Positions 1-11,588 are shown, counted from the first letter of the stretch. The stretch: DNA of 64,000 nucleotides from Bdellovibrionota bacterium (GCA_044347615.1 JBIKUK010000003.1:209151-273150), one strand, 5' to 3'. Numbers and translations: made by a program. Notes: generated from the sequence alone by a model not told the origin.

Positions 1-22
1 AGAAACTTTTACAGAGAGAAAA

Positions 23-283
23 ATGAGTTTTATTGAAAAACAATTCATCAAAGCAGAATTTTCACGAATGGAGAGTATGCCTGTTGCGGAACTTTCTCCT
101 CAAGAAATTAAATTCTATGACGAGACTGACTCCAAAAAAGAAGTGTTTTTGAGTATGCAAATTGTTGACGCTGAAAAAAACCTCTTTAAGTATAACAACA
201 AAGTTTTTGAGCTTAATCCCACCTTGCCCATACAGGACAACCTCAAAGTTCTTATAAACGGACTCATAGCAGCGTCTAATTAA
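23..283 (+). CDS. hypothetical small protein (86 aa)
   Basis: ATG ORF with a purine-rich stretch (GAGAGAAAA) just upstream. No recognisable motif or signal peptide, so it is supported only as an ORF. Confidence 0.3.
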   Translation: MSFIEKQFIKAEFSRMESMPVAELSPQEIKFYDETDSKKEVFLSMQIVDAEKNLFKYNNKVFELNPTLPIQDNLKVLINGLIAASN

Positions 284-366
284 AATGTTATTTTCTTAAC
301 CAAAAATTCACACAAAAAAGATAAATAAAATTACATTTTTGAATCTAAAACTGCGAAAATATAAGT

Positions 367-1929
367 ATGCGTTTTTTGCTTGCCCTCTTTATGGGTGTAT
401 TTCTTATTCAAAATAGTTTCGGTCAATCAAGTAGTCTTGTTACGCAAGCAAACTCCACACAAGATGCCGCCGATCTTCGTCGAGAACAGCAGCTTCAACT
501 TGAAAGCTTGATTGCAAACGCCGAAAACGAGGCCAACAGACAAAAACTTGATTTACAAAATCAATATGCCGCTCTTCAAGTACAACTCTCACAATGCGGC
601 ACTGAAAAAAGTATTGCAAACATTCAAGGCCAAAAAGATGCAGACGATAAAAGAACAAATGCGCAAACAAATGCTCTCCAACAAGGTGTTGGAGGCGTAG
701 CCCCTCTTCTAGGTGGAATCAAAGATATGTACCAAGGAGCCAAAGGAAAGGCTGATGAAGAAATAAAGTCTGCAGTAGATACTTACAATCAATCTAATTC
801 TCCATCTAATTTTAGCCACAGCAACAGCTCAAACACTAGCTCAAAACCAACAGCTTCTCCTCAGGGAACAACTGCCTCCAATCCTGCTTTAGTGACCTGT
901 ACGACTACTCGAATGTCTTCAGACGGTAAAAACGTAGCTAACGTTTTGAGGGATATTAACGTCAAGATGGCTCAAAACATTCCTAATACACCAGGCTTTA
1001 ATCAAGGTTGTTATGCAAAATTGGCCCATTTAAAAAGTCTTGCTGAAGAAGCAAAAGATACTATTCAAAAAGCAGAACAACAAAAAGCTCAAGTTGGTCA
1101 AGGGCTTGCACAAACAGCCGCTGCAGCTGCGCAACTAGGTTTAACAGGATATTTAATGAATCAAGGTAAAAAAGGAGCGGAAAACGATCTTAAAGCAGCA
1201 ACTCAAATGGGTGATTTACGATATGAAGCTTGTGCTGAGGGTATCAAAAGCCAAGCCGATGCGATTCAACGACAAATTGATGCGATCAATGCACAACTTG
1301 CAAGCGACATTGACCGTCTTCGAAAACAATTTGCTGCAAAAAGAGTAGACATTGCTGCAAACGACTCTAACGGTCTTCCTGTTGCTGAAGATACAAATAT
1401 TGGCGTTAGTGAATTAAGTGGAGGAGGTATTGCTTCCTCAAACCTAAACTCAAAAAATCCCTTTGCGCCTAATAATAAAAAAAACCTAAGTGGTAGTGGC
1501 GGAAATTTTGGAGGTCCAGGATCGGGTGGCAGCTTAAGTGGAGCCAATGGAGGCGTTGGATGGGACTTTAAAAATCCAAATGACACTACTGATCCAAACC
1601 AATTTCAAGGCCTCCCCAGTCAACCTGATAGTGGAACTCTTGCAAGTGGAGGAGATGGAACCGGGGGAGGAATTCCCTCAGGCGATAACCCTTTTGGAGA
1701 TCCCATGATGCCTGGCGAAGAAGATCCCTTTGCCAACGTTGGCCCCGAGGGCGCAAAACAACTCACAAGTTATGGCAACGGATTTATGGAACTTGCACGA
1801 CTTACCCACCGCAGAGTCTACGCTCATCTTGGTGAATTACTTGGTGGAACAGGTACAAGCAAAAGTCCTCAAATTACCAATAAAGAAAATAAAAATCCCG
1901 AACGAACGATTACTTCTACAAAAAACTAA
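367..1929 (+). CDS. secreted coiled-coil / Gly-rich low-complexity protein (520 aa), function unknown
   Basis: Signal peptide MRFLLALFMGVFLIQNSFGQ. Long Q/A/L-rich helical stretches (QQLQLESLIANAENEANRQKLDLQNQYAALQVQL; IQRQIDAINAQLASDIDRLRKQF). C-terminal Gly/Asn/Ser/Pro-rich region (GSGGNFGGPGSGGSLSGANGG). Confidence 0.7.
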   Translation: MRFLLALFMGVFLIQNSFGQSSSLVTQANSTQDAADLRREQQLQLESLIANAENEANRQKLDLQNQYAALQVQLSQCGTEKSIANIQGQKDADDKRTNAQTNALQQGVGGVAPLLGGIKDMYQGAKGKADEEIKSAVDTYNQSNSPSNFSHSNSSNTSSKPTASPQGTTASNPALVTCTTTRMSSDGKNVANVLRDINVKMAQNIPNTPGFNQGCYAKLAHLKSLAEEAKDTIQKAEQQKAQVGQGLAQTAAAAAQLGLTGYLMNQGKKGAENDLKAATQMGDLRYEACAEGIKSQADAIQRQIDAINAQLASDIDRLRKQFAAKRVDIAANDSNGLPVAEDTNIGVSELSGGGIASSNLNSKNPFAPNNKKNLSGSGGNFGGPGSGGSLSGANGGVGWDFKNPNDTTDPNQFQGLPSQPDSGTLASGGDGTGGGIPSGDNPFGDPMMPGEEDPFANVGPEGAKQLTSYGNGFMELARLTHRRVYAHLGELLGGTGTSKSPQITNKENKNPERTITSTKN

Positions 1930-1936
1930 GTGTGCT

Positions 1937-2314
1937 TTATTTATTCTTCAAGATTGCGACAACATTCGTAAGTCGCTCACCTTTTAGATTGTTAAAATTT
2001 AAATTCATCTTGATCTGATCTTCTTTTTGATCAGCGATTTCAATCATCGCTTCATACTCATCACCAATCAAAACATATTGATGAAAGCGACACTTTGTCT
2101 CAGTTACATTCCAAGACTGACCATTTTTTTCATTAAAATCCTTCAACCAAAGATCTAAGCAACGCAACAAATAGCTATAGACGAACATGCCGTGAGCAAT
2201 GGGCCCCTGCAAGCCCATTTCTTTTGCAACCGCATCGTTTTGATGAATAGGATTGGGATCTCCCGCTACTTCAGCAAACATTTTTATGGTTTCAAGATTT
2301 ACAAAATATTTCAT
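1937..2314 (-). CDS. MaoC-like (R)-specific enoyl-CoA hydratase/dehydratase, hot-dog fold
   Basis: 125 aa with hydratase-type motif GDPNPIHQNDAVAKEMGLQGPIAHGM. Its start overlaps the stop of the upstream partner by 4 nt. Confidence 0.8.
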   Translation of the reverse strand: MKYFVNLETIKMFAEVAGDPNPIHQNDAVAKEMGLQGPIAHGMFVYSYLLRCLDLWLKDFNEKNGQSWNVTETKCRFHQYVLIGDEYEAMIEIADQKEDQIKMNLNFNNLKGERLTNVVAILKNK

Positions 2315-2733
2315 TCCTTGATACCTCGAACAATGACAGTTCCCTCAGCGATCGCATAAATGTCACCTTGGCAGGAATAAACATTTTTAAGTTCTAAAAA
2401 AGTCACAAGATCCCCACCGAGTTTTCGAGACATAACCTTAGCGATTGAAACTGTTGAGGTAAGCTGATCACCCACTTTGAGAGACTTAAAATACTGAAAG
2501 GTCTGGGAGACGTGCAGCAACTGCTTTAAAGAAATCCCTAGATCTGCAAAAACTTTAAACTCACCCTCCCTCAAACATCCATAAAAAGAATGAGGTAACT
2601 CTCCGCTTGCTTCATACGGATAAGAAAGAGTTTTAAAATATTTCTCCACCCACTCTTTTGTGACAAGAATCTCGATCTCGGGGTATCGACGATTCACAAG
2701 TTCAGGGGTTAGAAGAGAAGTCTGTGTTGGCAC
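2311..2733 (-). CDS. hot-dog fold protein, MaoC N-terminal-like dehydratase partner subunit
   Basis: 140 aa. Size and C-terminal strand pattern (GDLVTFLELKNVYSCQGDIYAIAEGTVIVRG) fit a non-catalytic hot-dog partner. Translationally coupled (4-nt overlap) to the MaoC gene. Confidence 0.6.
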   Translation of the reverse strand: MPTQTSLLTPELVNRRYPEIEILVTKEWVEKYFKTLSYPYEASGELPHSFYGCLREGEFKVFADLGISLKQLLHVSQTFQYFKSLKVGDQLTSTVSIAKVMSRKLGGDLVTFLELKNVYSCQGDIYAIAEGTVIVRGIKE

Positions 2734-3653
2734 GATTCAAAAAAGTTAGTCAATTTTGTTCATCTTTTCTAGGGCTGAGCCGCTGCGCACGCTTAAGTTT
2801 TTTGAGTTTTGTATGTTTTTTGCAAATACACACCAATCGTTTTCAATTAAATGCCTCACCGCTCTTTTTTTATAGTGCATATGACACCCTTACACTGCCC
2901 CTTCCCCAAGCTCACCTCCTAAACCTTGAGGGAATCGCAAGCTTCTCCTCACGACTTATTAAGCAAAACTATGAGGCGACCGGAGTCTTTGCTTTCACTC
3001 ATAATTCGCAAGTTCTTTTACATGGTTTTTATATTGCTCCTTCTTTTTTCAGAAACACTGCTCAAACTCAAGAAGAAGTTACCTACCTCGGCACCCAGGG
3101 TTGGGCAGTTTCTATAGGTCGCGCCAACATCAGTTATCCCCAATCAACCTACCGCGGCTTTGTTCAACTGACCTATCGACAAACAAAAGCTGATTCTTTG
3201 GATTCTCGAAACCAAGAACTTGTTTCAGAACTTCAACTTCCAGAACCTTATCAAGAAAGAAAATCTCTTCTGTTAACAATAGGAACAGCAACCACTCATA
3301 CAGATTTAGTTTCACAAAAAAAACCGTTGCTTGATTCTGAAATCTTAATCTCTTTGCGTTACGACTATGAAAAAGGAAATTTTTTTTCGTGGTTAAAAGG
3401 CTCCGTTTTTTATACGAGCTTCGTCGATATTGGAGCAACGGGTGGATGGTACAAGCTCTTTAACGAAATTGGGAGCGGAACCAACAGTAGTGTGACAGAT
3501 GCTTTTCTTATGGGGCCCAGAATTCGCGGACGTATTTTGAAAAATCATCTCGGCATAGATTCTTCTTTTATATGGCCTCTCTACAGAAGCTTTGATGGAA
3601 AAGCTTTGTTTACATCCCCTCGATTTGACGTGTCAGTGGTGATGAGTTTTTGA
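2724..3653 (+). CDS. hypothetical protein, possible outer-membrane beta-barrel
   Basis: 309-aa ORF drawn from a GTG that overlaps the divergent gene by 10 nt, so the true start is uncertain. Hydrophobic leader LSFLSFVCFLQIHT...LNA, alternating-polarity segments, and a C-terminus ...DVSVVMSF ending in Phe as in many OMPs. Confidence 0.45.
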   Translation: MLARFKKVSQFCSSFLGLSRCARLSFLSFVCFLQIHTNRFQLNASPLFFYSAYDTLTLPLPQAHLLNLEGIASFSSRLIKQNYEATGVFAFTHNSQVLLHGFYIAPSFFRNTAQTQEEVTYLGTQGWAVSIGRANISYPQSTYRGFVQLTYRQTKADSLDSRNQELVSELQLPEPYQERKSLLLTIGTATTHTDLVSQKKPLLDSEILISLRYDYEKGNFFSWLKGSVFYTSFVDIGATGGWYKLFNEIGSGTNSSVTDAFLMGPRIRGRILKNHLGIDSSFIWPLYRSFDGKALFTSPRFDVSVVMSF

Positions 3654-3675
3654 TATTTAAACAATTAATTACATT

Positions 3676-5361
3676 TTACTGGCTGACCCTGAGTTTAGAA
3701 ATTCTTAGTTGAACAGAAATCTTCTCGCGCCATTCTTGCAATTCGGGAATCACAAGAGCATCTATTTCTTGGTGATTATTTTCTAAAAATTTTTGGCAAA
3801 GTTCTTCAAAGCCAAATCCGATGACAGACCCAAAATTTCCAAACTTCCATTTTACATGACGCTCTTTCATCACTGTACGATCAGAAAGCCTTAATCTTGA
3901 AACACAAAAAAGAGGCTGCGGGTTTGAGCGACCCCAAGGCCCTCCCAAGCTCAAGCGTTGCACATCTTCAATTGTGGGAAGATTTTCGATGTATCCATCA
4001 AAATCAATGGTTCGCCCCAAAGCACCACTCGATGAAAAATCCATCGTCCGGATGTAAGCTTCAAAGTGGCTGAGCTTTTCAGCATTGATTTCTAAGCCAG
4101 CCGCCTCCGCATGACCGCCAAATTTAACAAGTATGGAGCGCGCTCCCTCTAAAAAAGAAAGACAATGAAATCCCACCGGGCAACGCATGGAACCCCTAAA
4201 AGTTCCTTGATGTGTTTTTGAAAGAACAATTGTGGGCAAATAAAATTCGTCGACGAGGCGTGCAGCCACTATTCCCAACACACCCTCTACCCAACCTTCG
4301 CCATAAACACACAAAACTTTTTGCTCAGACTGCGCTTGCTTCCAAGCTTGTTCTTGAGCTTCTTTTAAAACAACGGCCTGAGAGGCCACTCGATCCGCAT
4401 TCAAAGCTTCAACGTCGCTTAAAGCTAAATGGGCTTCCTCAAGAGAGGGCGCCTGCAAAAGCCTCAAAGCTTTTTCCACCTGTCCCATTCGACTAGCGGC
4501 ATTGAGTTTGGGCGCAACCGTAAATGCGATATCTCTCGCATCCAAATCTTTTGTGATCGAAGAAGTCAAAAGCCTCAAGCCTGGACGACCCTTTTGCGGC
4601 CATCGCTTTAAGCCTTCTCTGACAAGAGCACGATTCACAGGGGTTAATTCCATTTGGTCGGCAACAGTGGCAAGCGCCACGAGATCCAAAAAATCATCAA
4701 GTTTGATTTCTTTTTTGAGCTTGGCCTTAATACCTGCACATAAAAAAAACATCACAGCTGTTCCACACAGCATTCCCAACTCAGACTGACAATCTCCTTG
4801 ATTAGGATTCACAATATAGGAAGTCTCTGGAAGCATTGGCCCTGGTAGATGATGATCAGTGATCACAAAAGGAATGTTTTTTTTCTGAAGCCACTCTGCG
4901 GGCTCAACGGCTGTAATTCCCGAATCGACTGTCAAAACTAAATCAAAAGCAAAATCTTTATAAATTCTCTCAAGCGCCGAGACATGCACACCATATCCCT
5001 CATCAAAACGATGGGGCTGATAACAAAGAAAATTCTCAAAAGAGATTTTCTTAAAAAAATCACTCGCAAGCGTGAGACCCGACATTCCATCCACATCGTA
5101 GTCTCCGTAAATAAGGATTTTTTTATTTTGCAAAATAAACTGAGCAATTAATTCTGCAGAAGATTCTAAGTTTTTAAGACTAAAAGGTGAGGGCAAAAGT
5201 GAAAGCTTAGGATTTAGAAAATTCTTAACATCATCTAAACTTAGCAAACCACGAGCAGACAACAGCTTTCCAAGCAAAAGACCAAACTCTTTTTCATAAA
5301 CTTGAGAAAGCTCCGCATTATGAAGCCCCTCTCGAAGCCTCCAATGCTCCCGTTCAGTCAT
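3676..5361 (-). CDS. recJ: single-stranded-DNA-specific exonuclease RecJ
   Basis: 561 aa with DHH-family motifs (ILIYGDYDVDGMSG, VDSG, VITDHHLP) and a DHHA1-like GGHAEAAGL. Confidence 0.9.
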   Translation of the reverse strand: MTEREHWRLREGLHNAELSQVYEKEFGLLLGKLLSARGLLSLDDVKNFLNPKLSLLPSPFSLKNLESSAELIAQFILQNKKILIYGDYDVDGMSGLTLASDFFKKISFENFLCYQPHRFDEGYGVHVSALERIYKDFAFDLVLTVDSGITAVEPAEWLQKKNIPFVITDHHLPGPMLPETSYIVNPNQGDCQSELGMLCGTAVMFFLCAGIKAKLKKEIKLDDFLDLVALATVADQMELTPVNRALVREGLKRWPQKGRPGLRLLTSSITKDLDARDIAFTVAPKLNAASRMGQVEKALRLLQAPSLEEAHLALSDVEALNADRVASQAVVLKEAQEQAWKQAQSEQKVLCVYGEGWVEGVLGIVAARLVDEFYLPTIVLSKTHQGTFRGSMRCPVGFHCLSFLEGARSILVKFGGHAEAAGLEINAEKLSHFEAYIRTMDFSSSGALGRTIDFDGYIENLPTIEDVQRLSLGGPWGRSNPQPLFCVSRLRLSDRTVMKERHVKWKFGNFGSVIGFGFEELCQKFLENNHQEIDALVIPELQEWREKISVQLRISKLRVSQ

Positions 5362-5395
5362 GAACTTTGTCTCTTACAAAAACAGACAAAGCTCA

Positions 5396-6391
5396 TTAAG
5401 CTTTTGCGGCTTTCATTTTATTAGAACGAAGTTTTTTAGAATCATCTTTTTTTGGAGAAGAACTTGTTGAAGCAGAAGTTCCCCAATATTTGTCACCCCA
5501 CAAATAAAGAGGAGCGGCAACGAAGATAGAACTATAAGTTCCCACTAAGATTCCCACAAATAAAGTCATCGAAAAATCACGAAGTGTCACTCCGCCAACA
5601 AAATACAAAATCGCCAAACTTACCAAAGAGATCGCAGCTGTAATCATCGTTCGCGAAAGTGTGGAATTGACCGCGTAATCAATCAAAGCAGCTTTTGTTC
5701 GCCCAATCATAGAATGCTCCACCTCACGAATTCGGTCGAATACGACCACCGTATCGTTGATCGAGTAACCTGCTAGCGTGAGCAAGGCTGCCACAACTTC
5801 TGTGGAAATTTCTGTTTTCGAAAAAATCAAAAAGCCACACGTCAAAAGCAAGTCGTGAACAACGGCAATCATGGCACCCGGTGCAAAGCGAGCATCAAAA
5901 CGCAAATAAATATAAAGAGTGATCAAAAGAGCGGTGTAAATCAAAGACCATAAAGCAGCATGCCTTAATTCACCACCTACTTTAGGACCAACCGTATCAA
6001 GTTTCGAAATAGTCCACTCGGAATTTTTCGTCCCAAATTTCGCGAGACCTTCTTCAAAAGCTTTCGCAACACTTTCTTTGTTTTCTGAAATACCGATGAT
6101 CAAAAATTCTTTTTTATATTCAGACTGTCCTTGCTTATTTTCAACTTCAACAATCGACAAACCCGGAACTTTATCATTTAGCACATCACGGATTTGCAAA
6201 GTGTTAACTTGAGCATCTTTAAATCCAACAACCGCCTCGGTTCCCCCACGAAAATCGATTCCGTACTTGAAGCCAGGCTTCATAAACATCGCAAAAAGAC
6301 AGACCAAAGAAATAATAACCGAAACCGTTACGACATATTTAAAAGATTTAGCAAATTGAAAATTCAGTTTTTTCGGATCAAATAATTCCAT
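5396..6391 (-). CDS. secF: protein translocase subunit SecF
   Basis: 331 aa, six-TM SecD/F fold with GIDFRGGT and FDRIRE motifs. Sits immediately downstream of secD. Confidence 0.93.
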   Translation of the reverse strand: MELFDPKKLNFQFAKSFKYVVTVSVIISLVCLFAMFMKPGFKYGIDFRGGTEAVVGFKDAQVNTLQIRDVLNDKVPGLSIVEVENKQGQSEYKKEFLIIGISENKESVAKAFEEGLAKFGTKNSEWTISKLDTVGPKVGGELRHAALWSLIYTALLITLYIYLRFDARFAPGAMIAVVHDLLLTCGFLIFSKTEISTEVVAALLTLAGYSINDTVVVFDRIREVEHSMIGRTKAALIDYAVNSTLSRTMITAAISLVSLAILYFVGGVTLRDFSMTLFVGILVGTYSSIFVAAPLYLWGDKYWGTSASTSSSPKKDDSKKLRSNKMKAAKA

Positions 6392-6396
6392 GGTTT

Positions 6397-8196
6397 TTAA
6401 GCTCCTGCTTTCAATTCAGTTAATTCTCTTTGGCTAAGACCGATACTTAACTTGGTCTTATTTCTCATGAAGACCAAGAAAAGAGTTTTTGCATAATAAG
6501 TCGCCATTAAAACGTTCACAATAATACCCACAATAAGAGTGAGGGCGAATCCACGAATACTTCCCGTACCAAAGTTCAAAAGCACCAACGCTCCAATAAT
6601 AGTTGTGATGTTTGAATCAAAGATTGCCGAAAAGGCTCGATCAAAACCTACTTCGATCACTTGATTCACGCTCTTGCCTGTTCGCATTTCTTCGCGCATA
6701 CGCTCAAAAATAATGACAAGTGCATCGACCGCCATAGCAAACGTCAGCACGATTCCCGCAATACCAGGCAAGGTCAACGTTGCGTGGAGCGATCCCAAGA
6801 AGGCAAACACAAGAGCCACGTTTACCAGCGTAATCACAGCAGCAAGCAAACCCGAAACTCCGTAGTAAAGAATCATCCACAAGAGGACGACTCCAAAACT
6901 GAGCATAAGAGAAGCCTTACCCGCTTCAATCGCATCGCGACCGATACTGGGACCAATCACGCGCTCTTCTTGCACTTCGATAGAAGCTGGCAATGCTCCC
7001 GCTCTTAAGACGATCGCAAGATCTTGTCCTTCTTTCATAGCTTGATCAGCAGATGCAGAAGAGCCCAAGGTGATACGTCCAGAGTCTCCAATAGCTGATT
7101 GAAGTACCGGATAGCTCTTCACCACTCCATCAAGGACAATTGCCATGTAATGACCTACAAAACGACCTGTAAATTGTTCAAAGTTTTTAGCAGAAGATGG
7201 ATTAATTCTAAAAACAACTTCTGGTCGCTCCATTCCAAAACCTCGACCACCTCCATCTTGACCCATAGACACTCTCGCTTCTTCAATTGATTCTCCGGAG
7301 AAAACATCTTTTGAAGAAAGCAAAATAGGAATGTATTTCGTTTTATTCACTTCGTTGGGATCGTTTTGCTTTTCAAAAGCGATAAACGAATCAGCAGGAA
7401 TTTTTCCTTTCAAATCTGCATTCACACGCTCTCTATATTCAGAAAACTGCTTAAATGTTTCTTTATTATATTTACCTGCACTTTCAGCAGCTGTAATTTT
7501 TGTATTGAGATCCTCTCTTTGAGCCGCCATACAATCGGATTTAGCTTCATCACAACCCGCAACTATGTGAAAATTTAATTGAGCTGTTTGCCCAATGAGT
7601 GCCTTCAAACGCTCAGGTTCTTTTGCTCCCGGAAATTGCACAAGAATTTGATCATTACCTTTTTTCGAAATAATCGGCTCAGCCACACCAAACTCGTCGA
7701 TACGATTTCGGATAGTTTGAATACTTTGCTCTCTGGCCCTGTCACGTACTTGCTCATCAGCCAGAGAAGTCATGCGAATAAATTCGCTTTGCCCAAGAGG
7801 ACTTAGCATCTCAAGAGTCCCTGCCCAATTGTCTTTGACTGATTTCACAAACTTTTTGCGATCCTCTTCAGATCCCAATTTAATTTCTAACTCACCCTTA
7901 TCTTCGTGAGGAATCACACTCACGACATTGACTCCTTCGTCTTTGAGAGATTTCTCAAGCGATCTTCCGTAGGAAGAAAGCTGATTTTTAGAAACCTTAT
8001 CGAGGTCCACACCTAAAACCATATGAACTCCGCCCTTCAAATCCAGACCGAGCCTCATCGCTGTATCGACAAATCCTGAGGGGAGTTTTTCTGCCTCGGG
8101 ATTCCAAAGGCTATAAACAGTTGGAGCTAAAAGATAAAAAGACAAAACAGTAAGGATGCCGCAAACCCATGCTCTAAATTTTAAATTTGAATTCAT
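6397..8196 (-). CDS. secD: protein translocase subunit SecD
   Basis: 599 aa with LGLDLKGGVHMVL, a large periplasmic domain and a C-terminal TM bundle containing IFERMREE. Lies in the canonical tgt-yajC-secD-secF order. Confidence 0.93.
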   Translation of the reverse strand: MNSNLKFRAWVCGILTVLSFYLLAPTVYSLWNPEAEKLPSGFVDTAMRLGLDLKGGVHMVLGVDLDKVSKNQLSSYGRSLEKSLKDEGVNVVSVIPHEDKGELEIKLGSEEDRKKFVKSVKDNWAGTLEMLSPLGQSEFIRMTSLADEQVRDRAREQSIQTIRNRIDEFGVAEPIISKKGNDQILVQFPGAKEPERLKALIGQTAQLNFHIVAGCDEAKSDCMAAQREDLNTKITAAESAGKYNKETFKQFSEYRERVNADLKGKIPADSFIAFEKQNDPNEVNKTKYIPILLSSKDVFSGESIEEARVSMGQDGGGRGFGMERPEVVFRINPSSAKNFEQFTGRFVGHYMAIVLDGVVKSYPVLQSAIGDSGRITLGSSASADQAMKEGQDLAIVLRAGALPASIEVQEERVIGPSIGRDAIEAGKASLMLSFGVVLLWMILYYGVSGLLAAVITLVNVALVFAFLGSLHATLTLPGIAGIVLTFAMAVDALVIIFERMREEMRTGKSVNQVIEVGFDRAFSAIFDSNITTIIGALVLLNFGTGSIRGFALTLIVGIIVNVLMATYYAKTLFLVFMRNKTKLSIGLSQRELTELKAGA

Positions 8197-8609
8197 GTTG
8201 CAGATCCTTCAAGATTTTTAAGATCGTTCAATTTTGAATTCACTTGGTTGCGAAGCATTTTGATTTCGGTTCCAGGAGAAATTTCAAGAGTCACAACTCG
8301 CTCATTTAATCCGGCAACTTTTCCAATGATTCCACTTGTGGTGACCACTTCGTCACCTTTAGAGAGACCTTTTTGGAATTCTTGAATTTGTTTTTGTTGC
8401 TTTTTTTGAGGTGCAATCAAAACAAAATACAAAAGACCAAAGATCATGATCATCATCGGCAACTGCATCATGAACGGACTTGCAGGTGGCTTTGCGCCTG
8501 GCACGGCTGGAGTTCCAATCGAAGGACCTGCAGCTTCCTGAGCTAAAAGAAGTGCTGAGGGCAAGCTTGTTAAAAGAAAGGTAAGAAAACGAGCATATGA
8601 TTTTCGCAT
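8193..8609 (-). CDS. yajC: preprotein translocase subunit YajC (with ~50-aa N-terminal extension)
   Basis: YajC core LLYFVLIAPQKKQQKQIQEFQKGLSKGDEVVTTSGIIGKV. 4-nt overlap with the secD start. Confidence 0.85.
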   Translation of the reverse strand: MRKSYARFLTFLLTSLPSALLLAQEAAGPSIGTPAVPGAKPPASPFMMQLPMMIMIFGLLYFVLIAPQKKQQKQIQEFQKGLSKGDEVVTTSGIIGKVAGLNERVVTLEISPGTEIKMLRNQVNSKLNDLKNLEGSAT

Positions 8610-8668
8610 CCTTTAAGAATTAAGTGGCTCCCCCGCATTTGTCTAGAGAGGCTAGAGTTTTAAAGAAA

Positions 8669-9871
<1,203 letters not shown>

Positions 9872-9945
9872 TTAAATTATTAAGGACTTTAGAGATGCTC
9901 TCTCTACTAAGTTATTGTAACCTTTGGCCCAAAGAGGAAGAATAT

Positions 9946-11565
9946 ATGAAAAAAAACATGAGACACTTTATCGGCGTACTTGGTCTTACGTTCGCCCTTT
10001 TATTTACCTTTTCTAGTTGTACAAAATCTGGTGGTTCTTCTGCGAACGGAAAAAAAATCCTTCGTCTAGGGAACGGTTCTGAACTTCAAGATATTGATCC
10101 CCATACTGTTACGGGTGTTCCTGAACACAATGTGATATCCGCTCTTTTTGAAGGTTTAATTGTTCCTCACCCCGAAACGCTTGAGCCTCAACCTGGTGTT
10201 GCAGAATCTTGGACAATTTCTAAAGACCAAAAAATTTATACCTTTAAAATTCGTGAAACAGCGAAGTGGAGTAATGGCGATAAAATAACAGCTGAGGATT
10301 ATATTTTTTCTTGGAAGCGTATGCTTTCTCCAAAATTAGGTGCGGAATATGCCTACATGCTCTTTCCTGTGAAAAACGCAGAAGAATACAGCAAAGGAAC
10401 TCTCAAAGATTTTTCACAAGTTGGAGTCAAAGCAAAAAACCCTCTCACTCTTGAAATCTCACTCAAAGCGCCTACTCCCTACTTCCTTGCTCTTCTGATG
10501 CATTATTCAACCTACGCGGTTCATAAGCCAACAATCGAAAAATTCAATGCAATGGAATCTCGTGGAACCAAATGGACGCGTCCTGAAAATTTTGTGGGCA
10601 ATGGTCCTTTTAAGCTTACAAAGTGGGATCTCAACAAAGTTCTTTTGGTCGAAAGAAATTCCAACTACTGGAACAATCAAATCACCAAGCTCGATGGAAT
10701 TAGCTTTCACCCCGTTGAACTTGCTCAAACTGAAGAGCGAATGTACCGTTCTGGGGAACTCGACAAAACAAATAGTGTTCCGACGCACAAAATTGATAAC
10801 TATAGAAAAGATCGTCCCAAAGAATTTATAAATGCTCCCTACCTGGGAACTTACTTCTATCGAATCAACACGACTCGTCCGCAACTCAAAGACGCTCGTG
10901 TTCGCAAGGCACTTTCTATGTCGATTGATCGTCAAGCAATTGTGGAACGCGTGACTAAAGCAGGAGAAATTCCTGCAAAAGCTTTCACACCTCCCAACAC
11001 TGGCGGTTATACTTCTAAGACAGAAATTAAGTATGATATTGCAGGAGCAAAAAAACTTTTAGCAGAAGCAGGCTTTGCTGAGGGAAAAGGCTTTAAGGGC
11101 GTTGAAATTCTCTACAACACCCTCGAAGCTCACCGCTCGATTGCTGAATCTATTCAGCAAATGTGGAAAGTGAACCTTGGAATTGATGTGACCCTGAAAA
11201 ACCAAGAATGGAAAGTCTACATCGATTCTCAACACAAGAAAGATTACGACATTGCACGTGCTGGATGGATTGGAGATTATTCTGACCCCAACTCTTTCCT
11301 CGATATGTGGACAACAGACAACGGAAACAACGACACAGGTTTTGCGAACAAAAAATATGATTCACTCATAAGAACAGCAAACATGACCGGTGATTCCGCA
11401 AAACGCCTCGATCTTTTTAATCAAGCTGAAGAAATTCTCTTAACTGAATTGCCCATCATTCCGATTTACACGTACACGATTAAGTACTTGCTCAACGAAC
11501 GCGTTGTGGGCTGGAAAACCAACATCCTCGATTTTCACCCCTACCAGTACTTAGACATTAAATAA
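9946..11565 (+). CDS. oppA: peptide ABC transporter substrate-binding lipoprotein (family 5, OppA-like)
   Basis: ATG at 9946 preceded by AGAGGAAG. Lipobox LLFTFSSC. SBP family-5 body, first gene of the opp operon. Confidence 0.85.
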   Translation: MKKNMRHFIGVLGLTFALLFTFSSCTKSGGSSANGKKILRLGNGSELQDIDPHTVTGVPEHNVISALFEGLIVPHPETLEPQPGVAESWTISKDQKIYTFKIRETAKWSNGDKITAEDYIFSWKRMLSPKLGAEYAYMLFPVKNAEEYSKGTLKDFSQVGVKAKNPLTLEISLKAPTPYFLALLMHYSTYAVHKPTIEKFNAMESRGTKWTRPENFVGNGPFKLTKWDLNKVLLVERNSNYWNNQITKLDGISFHPVELAQTEERMYRSGELDKTNSVPTHKIDNYRKDRPKEFINAPYLGTYFYRINTTRPQLKDARVRKALSMSIDRQAIVERVTKAGEIPAKAFTPPNTGGYTSKTEIKYDIAGAKKLLAEAGFAEGKGFKGVEILYNTLEAHRSIAESIQQMWKVNLGIDVTLKNQEWKVYIDSQHKKDYDIARAGWIGDYSDPNSFLDMWTTDNGNNDTGFANKKYDSLIRTANMTGDSAKRLDLFNQAEEILLTELPIIPIYTYTIKYLLNERVVGWKTNILDFHPYQYLDIK

Positions 11566-11588
11566 ATTAAAACGAAGAGAGCGTTGAA

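Noticed and set aside
5365-5391. An 8-bp inverted repeat CTTTGTCT...AGACAAAG between secF and recJ.
   Set aside because: The stem is AT-rich with an 11-nt loop and no T-run, and the recJ ATG follows directly. At most it is a minor attenuator, so it is not reported as a feature.
6661-7008. Long antisense or out-of-frame ORFs inside well-supported genes (for example 6661-7008, 10507-10935, 12787-13083, 1266-1586, 49883-50356, 30528-30878, 52255-52623).
   Set aside because: All lie wholly within genes with clear family motifs on the other strand or frame. They have odd compositions (His/Arg/Ser/Cys-rich) and no start signals.
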